DNA of 64,000 nucleotides from Paragordius varius (lineage: Eukaryota; Animalia; Nematomorpha), in contig OZ176054.1 of the NCBI GenBank assembly GCA_964247055.1, positions 12,214,001 to 12,278,000 on the forward strand, read 5' to 3'. The notes beneath the pieces were generated by a model. The model was not told where the DNA came from and searched no databases. It was given only the letters and a program-made list of their open reading frames with translations. This document shows positions 62,716 through 64,000 of the stretch, in pieces. A program made the translations under genes and the position numbers. Position 1 is the first letter of the stretch. Every line of letters begins with the position of its first letter.

Positions 62716-63947
62716 CTAGCTGGCCCTGTCACGCTTCGCTGTGACGTAGTCTCACCGATTATTCCGAATATCAAAATATAGAGTTAATGGAGATAAAAAA
62801 TAATAAAAAAACATATTTAATAAAAAGAATGTCTTTAATTATTCTTTTACGGGTTTTTGCATAGGTTCAATATTGTTTACTCGAAATAAACCATATTTAA
62901 ACTGTCTCTAATTAAAGTTAATATTTAAATTATGATATTCGTTTTACGAAATCATAATAAAAGTTCTATTTTCAAATTGTGTTCACACAGCTGGGATCAA
63001 GAGACATAAAAGTAAATCATTTGTGGTCCCTTTTTAAAGGTAAGAATAATATTATAAAATTCCCCGGAAATGTGTTTAACTGAACTCGTATGGCTTCTTA
63101 AGTTTTTTGAAAATTAGCCCCAAAACTAGGCCATTTTGTATGGCGTCTCAGTTTTAAATCGGTAGACCCCCTACCCATAGACCTATATGGAAAAAGCGCT
63201 GAGTTAAATTCTTTGCCTTTAAAGGGCAAATATTTGGAAACATCTTTGAGACCATCGTCTCATGGGTTCGAAAAAATACCTCAACACTAAATAATTATAT
63301 GATGGCGTATTTTCAGGGCATAAAGGCCCCAAATTAACGACTAATAAAAAAAAACCCCGACCTTATTTTTACCTAGTTTGGGTAATATTTCAAGCTTTTA
63401 ATTAGCTCATATGGCTTCATATCTGTAAATTAGCTCCAAAACAACGCAATTTCTATATGGCGGAGTTTTCGCGATTTTACCCAGCAGCCAATATTAAAAA
63501 ACGCAAGACTAAAATTTTTGCCTTTTAAGAGGGAAAACTTGGAATCCTCATTAGATTTTAACCATCTCATACCCTAGGCAAAAAATTATTTAGTTTTTTT
63601 GATAAAAATGGCATTTTATGGGGGGAGCGGGTCAAGAGAGCTTAAATTAAAAAAGTAAGCCGACTATGTTCGGTGCAATCGAAAACAAGTTAAAAAAACA
63701 TACTTGAAATCAACCAGCACGTTTTCCGGAAATTGTCTCAAAGACACGATTTTTGTGGACTTGTGTTGTCCAAAAAACTCGTTTGTTACACCGGAGTGGG
63801 CTCGAACTGAGGGCCTAATTCAAAAAAGGGCTAAGCTATTATTGGGGTATTCATTGATTATATTTTTTTGACAGTTGGATTTGGATCTACTGGTTTTCCG
63901 GAAACAGATACCAAAGCCGGCATTTTCCATTTTTATAAATATATAGA
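62716..63947 (-). mobile_element. Second, shorter copy of the same Helitron family
   Basis: Same termini in reverse complement (ctagctggccctgtcacgcttcgctgtgac ... ataaatatataga). Colinear with 36427-38779 but with fewer internal units. Confidence 0.88.
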
Positions 63948-64000
63948 TTATAATGAAGCAATAGAAATGCTAGTATAAACAGTCTTTCCGAACCAGAAGA

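Overview
Very AT-rich, intron-containing eukaryotic DNA. It uses the standard code and is most likely an invertebrate animal; the species cannot be fixed from sequence alone. By hand-splicing exons against known protein families I reconstruct NDUFA5 (partial), VTA1, a GNB1L/ASA1-like WD40 protein, an inward-rectifier K+ channel, a T2-type acetyl-CoA acetyltransferase, peptide O-xylosyltransferase, LSM5, TAF13, HSCB, RPSA, GRWD1 and one orphan gene. All complete models give intact frames. Introns carry many MITEs, a decayed RTE-like LINE, a decayed hAT transposon and Helitron derivatives. The most unusual feature is the gene architecture. Ten introns of only 22-32 nt all lie near start codons, while downstream introns are usually hundreds to thousands of nt. 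Head-to-head pairs have start codons 52-225 nt apart, TAF13 and HSCB are separated by 18 nt, and some 3' splice sites are pure (TA)n-AG. RPSA also has a ~244-aa G/P/Q/A-rich tail. Gene models and TE boundaries are manual and unverified by transcripts or database searches.
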